Assembly (NCBI GenBank): GCA_041690295.1
Contig: JAWLHR010000011.1
Span: forward strand, 36,796 to 100,795
Length of the DNA stretch: 64,000 bases
Direction of reading: 5' to 3'
From: Bdellovibrionales bacterium
GTDB lineage: Bacteria > Bdellovibrionota > Bdellovibrionia > Bdellovibrionales > UBA1609
The stretch's first letter is position 1, and each line of letters opens with the position of its first letter. This document shows, one piece after another, positions 29,943-40,100 of this stretch. A model generated the notes under the pieces. That model had not been told where the DNA came from. It made no database searches and worked only from the letters and a program-made list of their open reading frames with translations. Made by a program: the position numbers and the translations under genes.

Positions 29943-30902
29943 ATGAACATGGATGTTCGGGTTTTTCTTTTGATCCCGCTGACTTGCCATCTCGTGGCGG
30001 GCGCCGCCCCAAACAACCGTCAACTCACCGCGAATGAGCGCGAGCTCAAAGGCTTGGTGCAGAAAATGGTGAAGGAGCGCAGTCGTGCCGCGAATTCGTT
30101 CACGCCCGTGGACACATCACCGTATTTCGACATTCCGATCACGTACAACACCAAGGTGAAATGGTGGATCAACCACTTCCAAACAAAGGGTCGGCGTTGG
30201 TTCAAAACCTGGTTGGAGCGCAGCCACGCTTACCTGCCGACCATGCAGGCCACACTCGCTCAGCGCGGACTGCCGCAGGATCTGGCGTACGTGGCCATGA
30301 TCGAGAGCGGTTTTTCACCGAACGCCATCAGCACCGCCGAAGCCGTCGGCTACTGGCAGTTCATCACGCCGACGGCGGCTCGCTACGGTTTGAAGATCAA
30401 CTGGTGGCTGGATGAGCGCCGTGACTTCAAAAAAAGCACCACGGCGGCCGCACGTTACCTCGGTGATCTCTTTAAGCAGTTCGGATCCTGGTATCTGACG
30501 GCGGCGGCGTACAATATGGGTGAAGGGAGAACCCAACGCCTGGTCAACAAATACAAAACAAAAAACTATTGGATTCTCTCAAAGAAGCCGGATTTCCCTG
30601 ATGAGACACGGCAGTACATTCCCAAACTTCTGGCGGCCATGTTGATCGCCAAAGCCCCAAGGCTTTATGGCTTTCACTCTCTCAAACCGAAGGAGCCTTA
30701 CAGCTACGAGTATTTTCACGTGCCCGGCGGAACGGATCTGCACAGTTTGGCGGCTTACCTCGGCTTGAACGCTTCGCAACTGAAGCGGCTCAATCCCGAA
30801 CTCCTGAAGGGCTACATTCCCGCCAGCGTGCGCAGTCATAAGATTCGTATCCCCAAAGGCTTGACTCCCAAAGTTTCCCAATTTATTCGGGCCCAACTGT
30901 GA
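29943..30902 (+). CDS. MltD-like lytic transglycosylase
   Basis: [27 protein letters not shown]. Confidence 0.92.
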   Translation: MNMDVRVFLLIPLTCHLVAGAAPNNRQLTANERELKGLVQKMVKERSRAANSFTPVDTSPYFDIPITYNTKVKWWINHFQTKGRRWFKTWLERSHAYLPTMQATLAQRGLPQDLAYVAMIESGFSPNAISTAEAVGYWQFITPTAARYGLKINWWLDERRDFKKSTTAAARYLGDLFKQFGSWYLTAAAYNMGEGRTQRLVNKYKTKNYWILSKKPDFPDETRQYIPKLLAAMLIAKAPRLYGFHSLKPKEPYSYEYFHVPGGTDLHSLAAYLGLNASQLKRLNPELLKGYIPASVRSHKIRIPKGLTPKVSQFIRAQL

Positions 30903-32083
30903 CAACGATCGTGCAAAAGTATGGCGGCGCCTGCCTGGAAACGCCGGAAAAGCTGAAGTCCGTTGCGGCGTCCGTGGCCCGCCTCCATGCGCAAGGGCAC
31001 CGAATCGTTCTGATCGTCTCCGCCATGGGACGATCCACCGACCAGTTGATCCAATTGGCCTATCAGGTAAGCCCGCATCCCAATCGCCGCGAACTGGATA
31101 TGTTACTGACCACCGGTGAACGGGTGAGCATGTCTTTGATGAGCATGGCCTTAAGCGATCTCGGTGTTCCGGCCATCAGCTTCACCGGATCCCAAGCCGG
31201 AGTCATGACCAATGATTCCCACTCGGCCGCGCGGATCGTGGATGTGCGGCCGATCCGGGTTCGCGAGGAGCTGGATCGCGGGCGTGTGGTGGTGCTGGCC
31301 GGATTCCAAGGCGTGAATCCCGTGAACAAAGAAATCACCACCCTCGGTCGCGGCGGCTCGGACACCACCGCCGTCGCCATGGCCGCGGCCTTGAAAGCTG
31401 AACGCTGCGAGATCGTCAAGGAAGTGGATGGCGTGTGCAGCGCCGATCCGCGACTGGTGACGGAGTCGCGACCGCTCGCCGAGCTGGATTTCGCCTCACT
31501 GGGCGAAATGTGTTTTTGGGGCGCCAAAGTTTTGCACTTTCGCTGCGTGGAACTGGCTTTGAGCCAGAATGTTCCCTTGGTGATCCGAAGATGGGGCCAG
31601 AACAATGACAGCACTCGAATTTTGCGTGAGGTGAAGGGCATGGAAGAAGGAAAAGTTTTATCGGTGAACTCGCTGGCTCGGGTCGAACACATCGGCGTTG
31701 AGTGCTCCGACTTGAATCAGGGTTTCGAAAAATTCGGACTTCATCTGAAACAAAAAAGTTTGGCCTGGCCGCAAATCCTGGCGTCGGCTTACGACAACGG
31801 TGTTTGTCGGATCATGCTCACCGCCGACAATGAATATCTCGACACGCTCTTACGCACACTCGAAGGCGCCCAGGGGATTTCGCGCCTTCGTGAGGCCTTA
31901 AGTTCCGTCACGCTCACCTGCTACGGCAGCGTGGCCACGGATTTGCCCTCGCGCGCGCTTCAGGTTTTGGGCGCCCAACGGATTCACCCGGATAAGTATA
32001 TTCTCACTCCGCAATCGGTGTCTTTGTTCGTTTCACCGCAAGAGCGCGAAACCGCGGTTCGTTTATTACATGGGTTGATTTAA
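30899..32083 (+). CDS. lysC: Aspartate kinase
   Basis: [27 protein letters not shown]. Confidence 0.93.
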   Translation: MTTIVQKYGGACLETPEKLKSVAASVARLHAQGHRIVLIVSAMGRSTDQLIQLAYQVSPHPNRRELDMLLTTGERVSMSLMSMALSDLGVPAISFTGSQAGVMTNDSHSAARIVDVRPIRVREELDRGRVVVLAGFQGVNPVNKEITTLGRGGSDTTAVAMAAALKAERCEIVKEVDGVCSADPRLVTESRPLAELDFASLGEMCFWGAKVLHFRCVELALSQNVPLVIRRWGQNNDSTRILREVKGMEEGKVLSVNSLARVEHIGVECSDLNQGFEKFGLHLKQKSLAWPQILASAYDNGVCRIMLTADNEYLDTLLRTLEGAQGISRLREALSSVTLTCYGSVATDLPSRALQVLGAQRIHPDKYILTPQSVSLFVSPQERETAVRLLHGLI

Positions 32084-32093
32084 AGTTGAGGGA

Positions 32094-32486
32094 TTAGCGA
32101 AGGTTATCGAGCTCCATCAGGTCGCGCTTGTACTCGATCACCCATTCTTCGACCTCAGCGGCTTCATCGACGCACGCGGCGGATTCACCGAGGGATTTCA
32201 GCTCGGGCAGGAACTGATTGTTCAGTTTGTCGATCTCCCGCTGGTAATCGGATTTGAGGCTTTCGCGTTCCTTCTTTCGCTCATTCGGTTTCTTGGCCTT
32301 GAGCAACTCCAGCTCATAGTTCAGCTGAGCGAAACAGTTTTCGGCGGCGTCTGAAAGCGCCTCGCAAAGATCATCATCGGTTTGTTTTTTAACTTCGTCC
32401 AGGCTCGGGCACTCCACCTTGGCGTGCGCGCCGAATGAAAACAGAAGTGTCAGGATCAGAATGAATTCGCGAATACGGACCATCAT
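32094..32486 (-). CDS. Secreted helical hypothetical protein
   Basis: Signal peptide ending GAHA; overlaps the upstream ORF by 4 bp. Confidence 0.7.
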   Translation of the reverse strand: MMVRIREFILILTLLFSFGAHAKVECPSLDEVKKQTDDDLCEALSDAAENCFAQLNYELELLKAKKPNERKKERESLKSDYQREIDKLNNQFLPELKSLGESAACVDEAAEVEEWVIEYKRDLMELDNLR

Positions 32487-33145
32487 CGGGCAATCTCCGA
32501 AAAGATTTTTTCATACCATGGGATCTCTGAAATCGAGCGGTAGTTGGACCTCGGTGCCGACCTTCTCGTTTTGGTGGACACTTTGGAACTCCGGCCTCTG
32601 GTGCGTCCGGAAGAAATGCGAGCGCGGCTTTGTGAACGAATGGCGGGCGCTCGCTGGTGGCGCACTCGCTCCCGCGCTCTCGATGCCGTTTGGGCATTGC
32701 CGCATCGGGTTTGCACATGACAGTGGCCATGATGGTAGTGCGGGCAAACCGGAGGAAATCCGATTCCCTGTAAATAGCGGGCGTTACAATTCTTGGGGCT
32801 GATCTTGATATCCACGGCCTGACCGGTCATATGCGCGGACCTCGAGGAAGGAAAGTAACCGCACGAACGCAACTGCGCATTGTATTGCGGCGACCGGCAG
32901 CAACTTGTCAATGTGAATCGGGACTCAATCGCCGCCCGCCAAAGTCGGGGTTCCATGGTGCAAGCCCCGTCCATCGATTGTTGGCATCCGCGACCGCATT
33001 TTCCGGCGCTCGCCGGCGCGGAATACATTATAAGCCCCGCCGCAAATAAAATGGTTATGTTGAAAAATGCAGAGTATTTTTTCGTCACGACTCTCTGATT
33101 CCACTGAAAATCCCGTTCCACTAACGGGCCCGGGACCGTGTTCAT
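32483..33145 (-). CDS. Peptidase M15 family (Zn D-Ala-D-Ala peptidase-like), Cys-rich
   Basis: TSCCRSPQYN, SAHMTGQAVD, HCH motifs; start uncertain. Confidence 0.78.
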   Translation of the reverse strand: MNTVPGPLVERDFQWNQRVVTKKYSAFFNITILFAAGLIMYSAPASAGKCGRGCQQSMDGACTMEPRLWRAAIESRFTLTSCCRSPQYNAQLRSCGYFPSSRSAHMTGQAVDIKISPKNCNARYLQGIGFPPVCPHYHHGHCHVQTRCGNAQTASRARERVRHQRAPAIRSQSRARISSGRTRGRSSKVSTKTRRSAPRSNYRSISEIPWYEKIFSEIAR

Positions 33146-33360
33146 TGAATTTTTCGAATTCGCTCGCTCTTCCGCAACCTTAGGCGCGGCAGCCGGATTC
33201 CGGTCGCAAGCTCGGATTGACTAGAACCTTTACGCCTGATCGGTTGGCTCACTCCGCCCTGTCTCAAAATGAATCACCGGCTACACGGCTCATAAAGTCT
33301 GGACCGTGGCCGAATTTTTTGATTTCTTTTGAGCCCGGGTACTTTGTAGGGGGAACCATC

Positions 33361-33498
33361 ATGAAGAAATTTTTTATTTTATTGGTCTTGCTGATTCCGT
33401 TCAGCTTTTTGCAAGCCGATATGCCGGACTATCCGGGTGATGACGATGATCCGAGCCCGTGCGAAACCTATGAGCCGGATTGCGATCGCGTTCCTTGA
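33361..33498 (+). CDS. 45-aa secreted acidic peptide
   Basis: GGGGGA RBS; MKKFFILLVLLIPFSFLQA signal peptide. Confidence 0.6.
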   Translation: MKKFFILLVLLIPFSFLQADMPDYPGDDDDPSPCETYEPDCDRVP

Positions 33499-33499
33499 T

Positions 33500-34759
33500 T
33501 TACTGAATTGAAGGAATCACGTAGTTGCGCACGACGGATTCTCCGTTGAACGTATCTTGCGAAAAGTTCCGGGTATTCGTCGTGAACACGACGACCAAAT
33601 TCAAATCGGGTACGATGTAGATCATCTGCCCGCCCCAACCCCAGGCCTGGGCCGCGTTGCGGTTGTTGATTCGGGTGATCCAGAAATCGATTCCGTAACC
33701 CGAAGTCATATTTTGCATGGATGATTGCACCCAATTGGCGTTGACCAGTTGTTGCCCGTTCCAATTTCCTTTGTTCACGTAAAGCATTCCGAATTTCGCC
33801 ATCTCCCGAGGCGTAATATAGAAATTGTAACCACCGGTGAAATAGCCTTGCGGATCGCGTCCCCATCGTTCCGCGACCACGCCCATCGGCGCGAGAAGAT
33901 TTTTATGGATGAATTCGCAGCCCGACATTTTCGTGGCTTCCGAGAGAACGGCGGCCACTAAATGCGCATCACCTGTACTGTAATTAAATCGGGTGCCGGG
34001 CGCTGACGCTTGCGGAAGCGAAAGAATGGCCGCGACCCGGTCCGCTTGCGATTCGATATTGTATTCGGTGGAGTCCTCCGTCCAACGGATTCCCGAAGTC
34101 ATCGTGACCAAATGACGAACGGTGATCGCCCGTTTGTTATTGTCCATGATGTTCACGTATCGCGCGGGAAGAATGTCCGAGATCCGCGTGTCGAGACTGG
34201 GAATCAGCCCACGTTCGATCGCGATGCCGACCGCCGCGCCCCAGATACTTTTGGAAGCGGAGTGAATGTTGTTGGCGTGATTGCGCGCGGATCCGTTATA
34301 GTAGCGTTCAAAAACCAGCGCGCCATTTCGAACGACGAGAAAACTATTGATGTAAGCCAGTCCATTTAAACTTTGCGCTCCAGCGGTGAGCATCGCCGCG
34401 TTCATGCCCTGTTCGGCCGGAGTGGTAATCTTCCATGTAGAGGTGTCGTCCACCGGATCGGTGTAAGTGGGATTGGATTCATAAAAGGTTCGCGTTTGTG
34501 GACCTTGAATCGTGCTGCAATTGTACGCCGCCATCGGCATCGGAGCCGGCGCGGGGGCCGGAGTGGGCGCGGGGGCGGGTGCTGGCGCTGGTGACGGCGA
34601 TGATCCCGGTGGAGTCACCTGACTCAAATCCGGCGGCGCTTCAGAAGATGAAGCCATCCCTTTGGTGTGAGGCTCTTCAGGTTGATTGGCTGAAAACGGA
34701 GTGCACCCGCTGAGGATAAACAGAAAAACAATGGAACTGGCGAGTCCCCAAACCCTCAA
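33500..34759 (-). CDS. Serine hydrolase (class C beta-lactamase/PBP fold) lipoprotein
   Basis: SASK, FNYST, AWGWGGQ; lipobox LSGC; TTG start inferred. Confidence 0.88.
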   Translation of the reverse strand: MRVWGLASSIVFLFILSGCTPFSANQPEEPHTKGMASSSEAPPDLSQVTPPGSSPSPAPAPAPAPTPAPAPAPMPMAAYNCSTIQGPQTRTFYESNPTYTDPVDDTSTWKITTPAEQGMNAAMLTAGAQSLNGLAYINSFLVVRNGALVFERYYNGSARNHANNIHSASKSIWGAAVGIAIERGLIPSLDTRISDILPARYVNIMDNNKRAITVRHLVTMTSGIRWTEDSTEYNIESQADRVAAILSLPQASAPGTRFNYSTGDAHLVAAVLSEATKMSGCEFIHKNLLAPMGVVAERWGRDPQGYFTGGYNFYITPREMAKFGMLYVNKGNWNGQQLVNANWVQSSMQNMTSGYGIDFWITRINNRNAAQAWGWGGQMIYIVPDLNLVVVFTTNTRNFSQDTFNGESVVRNYVIPSIQ

Positions 34760-34947
34760 AATAAACCCCCGACAATAGATCTCATAATGCAACATGAGTG
34801 CCCGGTATCCGACCAGTTTCCCCGCCTTGCGGTGAAAACGATGTTTGCAGTGATCGATCTCGAGACACTTCGGCATCGATCTTGCCAATTCCCCCCATTG
34901 TATCAACCGATCTCGCACGAGAGCGGATTTAAAGGTAAGGAGCGCGC

Positions 34948-35706
34948 ATGGACGCGACAAAGATTGTCACTACCCTTGTGTTTGTTTCAATGGCGGCATC
35001 GACCATTGGCTGTCGGGCGAAGTTCACCTCTAAGAATCGTCCCGGACCCAGTGCCTCGGCGGTCACTTCCGGTCAACCCCAAGCTCAATCTCCGGCGCCG
35101 GTGGATCCGCTGGTTCCGCCGACACCGAAGACGTCCACTGACGTGCCCGTTATTGATGAACCTGTCCTCGCTCCGATACCCGTGGTGCCCACCGGCGGCC
35201 AACCCGCCTGCCCCACGGTCGGCGACAATTCCATCGATCCGTCACGCGTGGTTCAGGAAAAAACAATTATCTTCAAACGCGGCCGCCAAATGATCTGGCG
35301 GAAAAACTGCGAAGGTAAGGTGGTTTCAAAAACTTGGGAAAACGTTCCCCATAAGACCAGCCAAATCGTTTGGATCAAACCGCAAGGTTATGGACCGACG
35401 ATGACTGTATTCAACCGATCCACCTGCGACATGCCGAACACCCCGGTTGAGTCCATGATCCTCAACGGTGCGCCGAACCAAGGGGAAGGCTTTCAGATCG
35501 CCGTTTCCACGGTTCCCACCAATCAGGCTCTTTTTGTTAAACCGGGCAAAAACTTCATCGATTATGAAATCCCCGGAGTGGAAAAGGGCACTTTGATCCT
35601 CAACGTGATCATCGATAATCGGGAAGGCGACTGCATCGTGCTTAACCCACGCAATTGCCCTCCCAAATACAAGCCGACTTTAAGCGATAAGCTTTTCGGA
35701 CGCTAG
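34948..35706 (+). CDS. Hypothetical lipoprotein
   Basis: STIGC lipobox-like motif, Pro-rich linker. Confidence 0.7.
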   Translation: MDATKIVTTLVFVSMAASTIGCRAKFTSKNRPGPSASAVTSGQPQAQSPAPVDPLVPPTPKTSTDVPVIDEPVLAPIPVVPTGGQPACPTVGDNSIDPSRVVQEKTIIFKRGRQMIWRKNCEGKVVSKTWENVPHKTSQIVWIKPQGYGPTMTVFNRSTCDMPNTPVESMILNGAPNQGEGFQIAVSTVPTNQALFVKPGKNFIDYEIPGVEKGTLILNVIIDNREGDCIVLNPRNCPPKYKPTLSDKLFGR

Positions 35707-36884
35707 CGTTTCGCGGGTGCCGGTCGAGCGCCCGCTTTACCGGACTTCGTCTCGAATTTCGCCGCTGGTTTGACATCGGTCGGACGGGTCGCGGAGGATT
35801 TTTCTTCTTTCAAGTTTTCCGCTTTTTCAATCAAGTCCGCGACCGCCGCTGATTTCGCGCCTTTCACGCCGACACCATAAGCTTCAAGAATTTTCTGGCG
35901 CAGCTCTTTCATCAACTCAGGGTGATCTTTCAAGTAATTTTTGGCCTGATCGCGGCCTTGTCCCATGCGCTCACCCTTAATGGAGTACCAGGCGCCTGAT
36001 TTCTCAATCAGCTCCTTCTTCACGCCGAGATCGAGAATATCTCCTTCGGCCGAAATCCCTTCGCCGTACAACAGATCGAATTCCACCTTGGCGAACGGCG
36101 GAGCCATTTTGTTTTTCACCACTTTCACGGCCGTGCGGTTACCCACCACCTCATCGCCGTTCTGAATGGCACCGATCCGGCGCACGTCCAAACGGACCGA
36201 GGAGTAGAATTTCAAAGCATTACCGCCCGTGGTGGTTTCCGGGTTGCCGAACATCACGCCGATTTTCATCCGGATCTGATTGATGAAGATCACCAGAGTC
36301 TGCGAACGCGAAATCGCCGCCGTAAGTTTGCGAAGAGCTTGCGACATCAACCGCGCTTGAAGACCCATGTGGCTGTCGCCCATTTCACCTTCGATCTCCG
36401 CCCGCGGAGTCAACGCCGCCACCGAGTCCACAACCAACACATCGATCGCGCCGGAGCGAACCAGAGTTTCGACGATTTCCAACGCCTGCTCGCCGGTGTC
36501 GGGTTGCGAGATCAGCATCTCATCAACATTCACACCGAGTTTGCGCGCATAGCTCACGTCCAAAGCATGCTCGGCATCCACGAAGGCCACGCTGCCGCCG
36601 GCTTTCTGCGCTTGCGCGATGGTGCTCAAGGCCAGTGTGGTTTTACCGGAACTCTCGGGACCGTAGATTTCAACGATACGTCCTTTGGGCAAGCCACCAA
36701 TACCGAGGGCGATGTCCAAACTCAAAGCGCCGGTGGAATAAACCGGGACATTTTCGTAAAGGCTCTGTTGGCCTCCCAACTTCATGATGGAACCTTTGCC
36801 GAATTGCTTTTCAATCGAAGCAATCGCCAATTCCAAAGCTTTGCTTTTGTCGTTGTTCTTGCTGTTATCAACTTGCATGGACAT
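35703..36884 (-). CDS. recA: Recombinase A
   Basis: [36 protein letters not shown]. Confidence 0.99.
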   Translation of the reverse strand: MSMQVDNSKNNDKSKALELAIASIEKQFGKGSIMKLGGQQSLYENVPVYSTGALSLDIALGIGGLPKGRIVEIYGPESSGKTTLALSTIAQAQKAGGSVAFVDAEHALDVSYARKLGVNVDEMLISQPDTGEQALEIVETLVRSGAIDVLVVDSVAALTPRAEIEGEMGDSHMGLQARLMSQALRKLTAAISRSQTLVIFINQIRMKIGVMFGNPETTTGGNALKFYSSVRLDVRRIGAIQNGDEVVGNRTAVKVVKNKMAPPFAKVEFDLLYGEGISAEGDILDLGVKKELIEKSGAWYSIKGERMGQGRDQAKNYLKDHPELMKELRQKILEAYGVGVKGAKSAAVADLIEKAENLKEEKSSATRPTDVKPAAKFETKSGKAGARPAPAKR

Positions 36885-36922
36885 TGAACTCTCCTTAACT
36901 GTGACCCTGCCCCACTTGTGCC

Positions 36923-37411
36923 TCATCTCATCGCATTTAAGAGGAAATCGAAAGCAAAAAGCGCGGCTTGGCGCTGGATGTCTTCCCGGCCGCCGAGGGT
37001 GTTAAATTGTTGGTGCACGCTCAATTCAAAGCCCGGGCCGGCCACGCCGAAGCACACAAAGCCCACCGGCTTATCCGCGGTTCCGCCGGTCGGACCCGCG
37101 ATTCCGGTGATACTGACACTCCAATCGCAACCAATCCGCTTTTTCAGACCCGACGCCATGGCTTTCGCGGTGGGAAGACTCACTTCGCCGTGCGCGCTGA
37201 GGACATGGGGCGGAACATCTAAAAGTGAAATCTTGACGTCGCGACCATAACTCACCACGCCACCAAGAAAAAATGAGGACACTCCGGGCTGGGAGCAAAT
37301 CCAGGTGGACAACAAACCGCCCGTGCAACTTTCCGCCACGCCCACGGTCCAATCGTTGGCCTGACAAATCCGCGCTAGGACCTGAACACGATCCACGACT
37401 TCAGGTGTCAT
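36923..37411 (-). CDS. cinA: CinA C-terminal domain / NMN deamidase
   Basis: [17 protein letters not shown]. Confidence 0.92.
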   Translation of the reverse strand: MTPEVVDRVQVLARICQANDWTVGVAESCTGGLLSTWICSQPGVSSFFLGGVVSYGRDVKISLLDVPPHVLSAHGEVSLPTAKAMASGLKKRIGCDWSVSITGIAGPTGGTADKPVGFVCFGVAGPGFELSVHQQFNTLGGREDIQRQAALFAFDFLLNAMR

Positions 37412-37866
37412 GTGATGGCTCCAAAATGAAGCAACCCTTGCATGATGATATTTGCCAGAATTCCCGCCAACAAATCATCGCCCACCGTGCCAATAGCGCC
37501 TTGCACACGGCGGTCCACGTACGAAATCGGAAATGGCTTAACGATATCCAGCAGCCGAAAAAGAACAAAGCCCGAGGCGACAGCCAAGAGAGAGGCGGGA
37601 ACGAACACCATCGTCACCAAAAATCCCGCGACTTCATCCATGACGAACTCAGGGGCATCATGGGCCGAAAACGATTCATAGGCTTGCGCCACGGCGATCG
37701 TCACCATCACGAAAAGCAGGATCAACGTGGCCTGAACCATCGGCGGGGCCAATGAGATCAGGTAAAACAGCGGTAACGCCCCCACCGTCCCGACCGTGCC
37801 GGGCGCGAAAGGCGAGCGACCGCACCCGAACCAAGTGGCGAGAACAGAAATGAACTTTTGAAACAT
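37408..37866 (-). CDS. pgpA: Phosphatidylglycerophosphatase A
   Basis: APGTVGT, MDEVAG, FRLLDIVKPFPI, DDLLAG. Confidence 0.95.
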   Translation of the reverse strand: MFQKFISVLATWFGCGRSPFAPGTVGTVGALPLFYLISLAPPMVQATLILLFVMVTIAVAQAYESFSAHDAPEFVMDEVAGFLVTMVFVPASLLAVASGFVLFRLLDIVKPFPISYVDRRVQGAIGTVGDDLLAGILANIIMQGLLHFGAIT

Positions 37867-38028
37867 GGCGGGTGAATCTATGTCAGTTCCGCCGAGGAGA
37901 TCAAGGCGCGTGTTTCAAATTGAGGCGCTCACGATGTAACGCCTTAAAATGAGGCCGATAATGATTAAACACCGACGCATCCATTGACAGCGAAATCGCG
38001 CCGATCGCGGTTTAAATTCAATTCTCAC

Positions 38029-38044
38029 GGGCACACCCCATGCA
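38029..38044 (+). promoter_or_regulatory. Candidate sigma54 promoter
   Basis: GGGCACACCCCATGCA, GG-N10-GC. Confidence 0.45.
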
Positions 38045-38070
38045 CATTGTCGAGCATCGGGGGGTCCAGC

Positions 38071-38418
38071 ATGCTTCGAATCGGAATGGGAATTTTCGCT
38101 TTTGCTTTTATGATCGCCGCTTCTTCGGCCCATGCCGAGGAAGTGGAGCTTCAAATCTGCACCAATTGGGTGAAAGATTCCAAAGATTCATCCACGTTCA
38201 CTTGCAGTAACGGAAAAACTTATTTCACGAATCTCGGCCTGTGCACCACCGAAACGCTGTCCTCAACCGCCGAGTCCATGATCGCCGGCATCCAGGTCGT
38301 CCGCTTGTTTTGCTCCGACGATAAATCCAACGACCTCTTCGCCTGCTCGCGCGACGAAGCGCCTGACACTTTGGCCTGCGCCAAGGAGTACGGCCGCTCC
38401 GTGGCCAGTCTAGAGTGA
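38071..38418 (+). CDS. Secreted Cys-rich hypothetical protein
   Basis: Signal peptide ending SAHA; six Cys. Confidence 0.7.
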   Translation: MLRIGMGIFAFAFMIAASSAHAEEVELQICTNWVKDSKDSSTFTCSNGKTYFTNLGLCTTETLSSTAESMIAGIQVVRLFCSDDKSNDLFACSRDEAPDTLACAKEYGRSVASLE

Positions 38419-38464
38419 TCTCCTGGACCTTTGGTCCTTCTGAAAATCTGCCGAAAAGTAACCC

Positions 38465-39685
38465 ATGACGTTCGAGGAACTGCTGCGCGTGGCGCTGCAA
38501 AAAGGCGCCACTGATCTACACCTCAAAGCGGGCGTGATGCCGGTGATCCGGCGAAACGGCACGCTTCGTCCGCTCTCGCGCAGTATCCCTCCCATGACCT
38601 CCGATCAAATCGAAACCATGGCCATGGGGATCATGGATTCCAAACAACGCGAGCATTTCATCAAACACCGCGAAATCGACTTGGGCTACGGCATCAGCGG
38701 ACTCGGACGATTCCGTATCAGCATTTTCCGCCAGCGCGGCACCGCCCGCATGGTGATTCGCAATATTCCCCATCAGGTGCCGAACTTTGATCAATTGAAC
38801 CTGCCGTCGATCATTTCGAAGATCGCTCAATCCGAGCGCGGATTGGTGCTGGTGACCGGCGTGGCGGGTTCCGGAAAATCATCCACCTTGGCCGCGATCA
38901 TCGACGATATCAATCAACGCGAGAACAAACACATTCTCACCATTGAAGATCCCATCGAGTTTCTGATTCGCGACCGTAAGAGTTTGATCACCCAAAGGGA
39001 AGTGGGAATCGATTCCGACAATTTCCAAAGCGCGCTTCGCGCCGGTCTTCGCCAGGATCCGGATGTGATTCTGATTGGTGAAATGCGTGATCGGGAAACC
39101 ATTGAGTCCGCGCTTCTCGCCGCCGAAACGGGTCACTTGGTTTTGTCCACGCTACACACTTTGGACGCGGTGGAAACCATCAACCGCATTCTGGCCGCCT
39201 TCGAGGGCCATCAACAAAAGCAAGTGCGCTTGCAACTCGCGGCCGTTCTCAAAGCGGTCATCTCGCAGCGTTTGGCCAAGCGGAAGGACGGCACCGGACT
39301 TGTCCCTGCCTGCGAAATTCTGATCAACACACCCCGTGTGCGTGAATTGATCGAAGATCCCGCGCTGACTCACGACATCCGCGAAGCCATCGAAGAAGGC
39401 GTGGCCGCTTACGGAATGCAATCTTTCGATCAAAGCCTGCTCGATCTGATCAACCGCGACCTCATCACTTACGAAGAAGCCCTGCTGCACTGCACCCGCC
39501 CCGAAGACTTCCGCATCCGCTACGAAGGCTTCACCGCCATGGACGGGAAAAAATGGTCGGATCAGGGAATATTTGATAAAAAGGTCGATGATAAATGGCA
39601 GAATGTGACGGAAGTGGAAATCATCGTCCCCACGGAAATCAGGAAGTTACGGAAACCGAATGGCGGAAGCGGAGACAAAAGCTGA
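38465..39685 (+). CDS. pilT: PilT/PilU pilus retraction ATPase
   Basis: GVAGSGKS, TIEDPIE, LRQDPDVILIGEMRD, AETGHLVLSTLH. Confidence 0.92.
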   Translation: MTFEELLRVALQKGATDLHLKAGVMPVIRRNGTLRPLSRSIPPMTSDQIETMAMGIMDSKQREHFIKHREIDLGYGISGLGRFRISIFRQRGTARMVIRNIPHQVPNFDQLNLPSIISKIAQSERGLVLVTGVAGSGKSSTLAAIIDDINQRENKHILTIEDPIEFLIRDRKSLITQREVGIDSDNFQSALRAGLRQDPDVILIGEMRDRETIESALLAAETGHLVLSTLHTLDAVETINRILAAFEGHQQKQVRLQLAAVLKAVISQRLAKRKDGTGLVPACEILINTPRVRELIEDPALTHDIREAIEEGVAAYGMQSFDQSLLDLINRDLITYEEALLHCTRPEDFRIRYEGFTAMDGKKWSDQGIFDKKVDDKWQNVTEVEIIVPTEIRKLRKPNGGSGDKS

Positions 39686-40100
39686 ATATCTCAAAGCCCT
39701 GGAGGCGCTCACAAGGTATTTGGCCGTCCGCGATCACTCCCCTTGGGAACTGAAATGCAAACTGGAAAGGCGCTTTGACGAACAAACCGTGAACCGTGTT
39801 TTGACCGAAGCGCGGGAAAACGGATGGCTCGCGCCCGACGAAACCCTGGCCGAGAACCTGGCCGAGTCCCTCAAACGTAAAAACAAGAGCCGCCGCTACA
39901 TCGTGGAACAATTGCGGCGCCGGCGGCTCCCCGTGATCGCCCTCTCCAGCGAGGGCGAGATCGAAAAAATAAGAACCTTGCTCAATAAGAAATTCGGTGG
40001 CACTTCATTGAATTTCGAGGATAAAACAAAAGCGATACGATTTCTGAAATATCGCGGGTTCGAAGACCGCGCGATTCGACAGGTGTTAAATGAAGAGTGA
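39660..40100 (+). CDS. recX: Regulatory protein RecX
   Basis: YLAVRDHS..EL..KL, IRFLKYRGF; precedes alaS. Confidence 0.88.
   Translation: MAEAETKAEYLKALEALTRYLAVRDHSPWELKCKLERRFDEQTVNRVLTEARENGWLAPDETLAENLAESLKRKNKSRRYIVEQLRRRRLPVIALSSEGEIEKIRTLLNKKFGGTSLNFEDKTKAIRFLKYRGFEDRAIRQVLNEE

Noticed and set aside
34540..34592. Short tandem GC-rich repeats
   Set aside because: Encode a Pro-Ala linker in the serine hydrolase; not a DNA element
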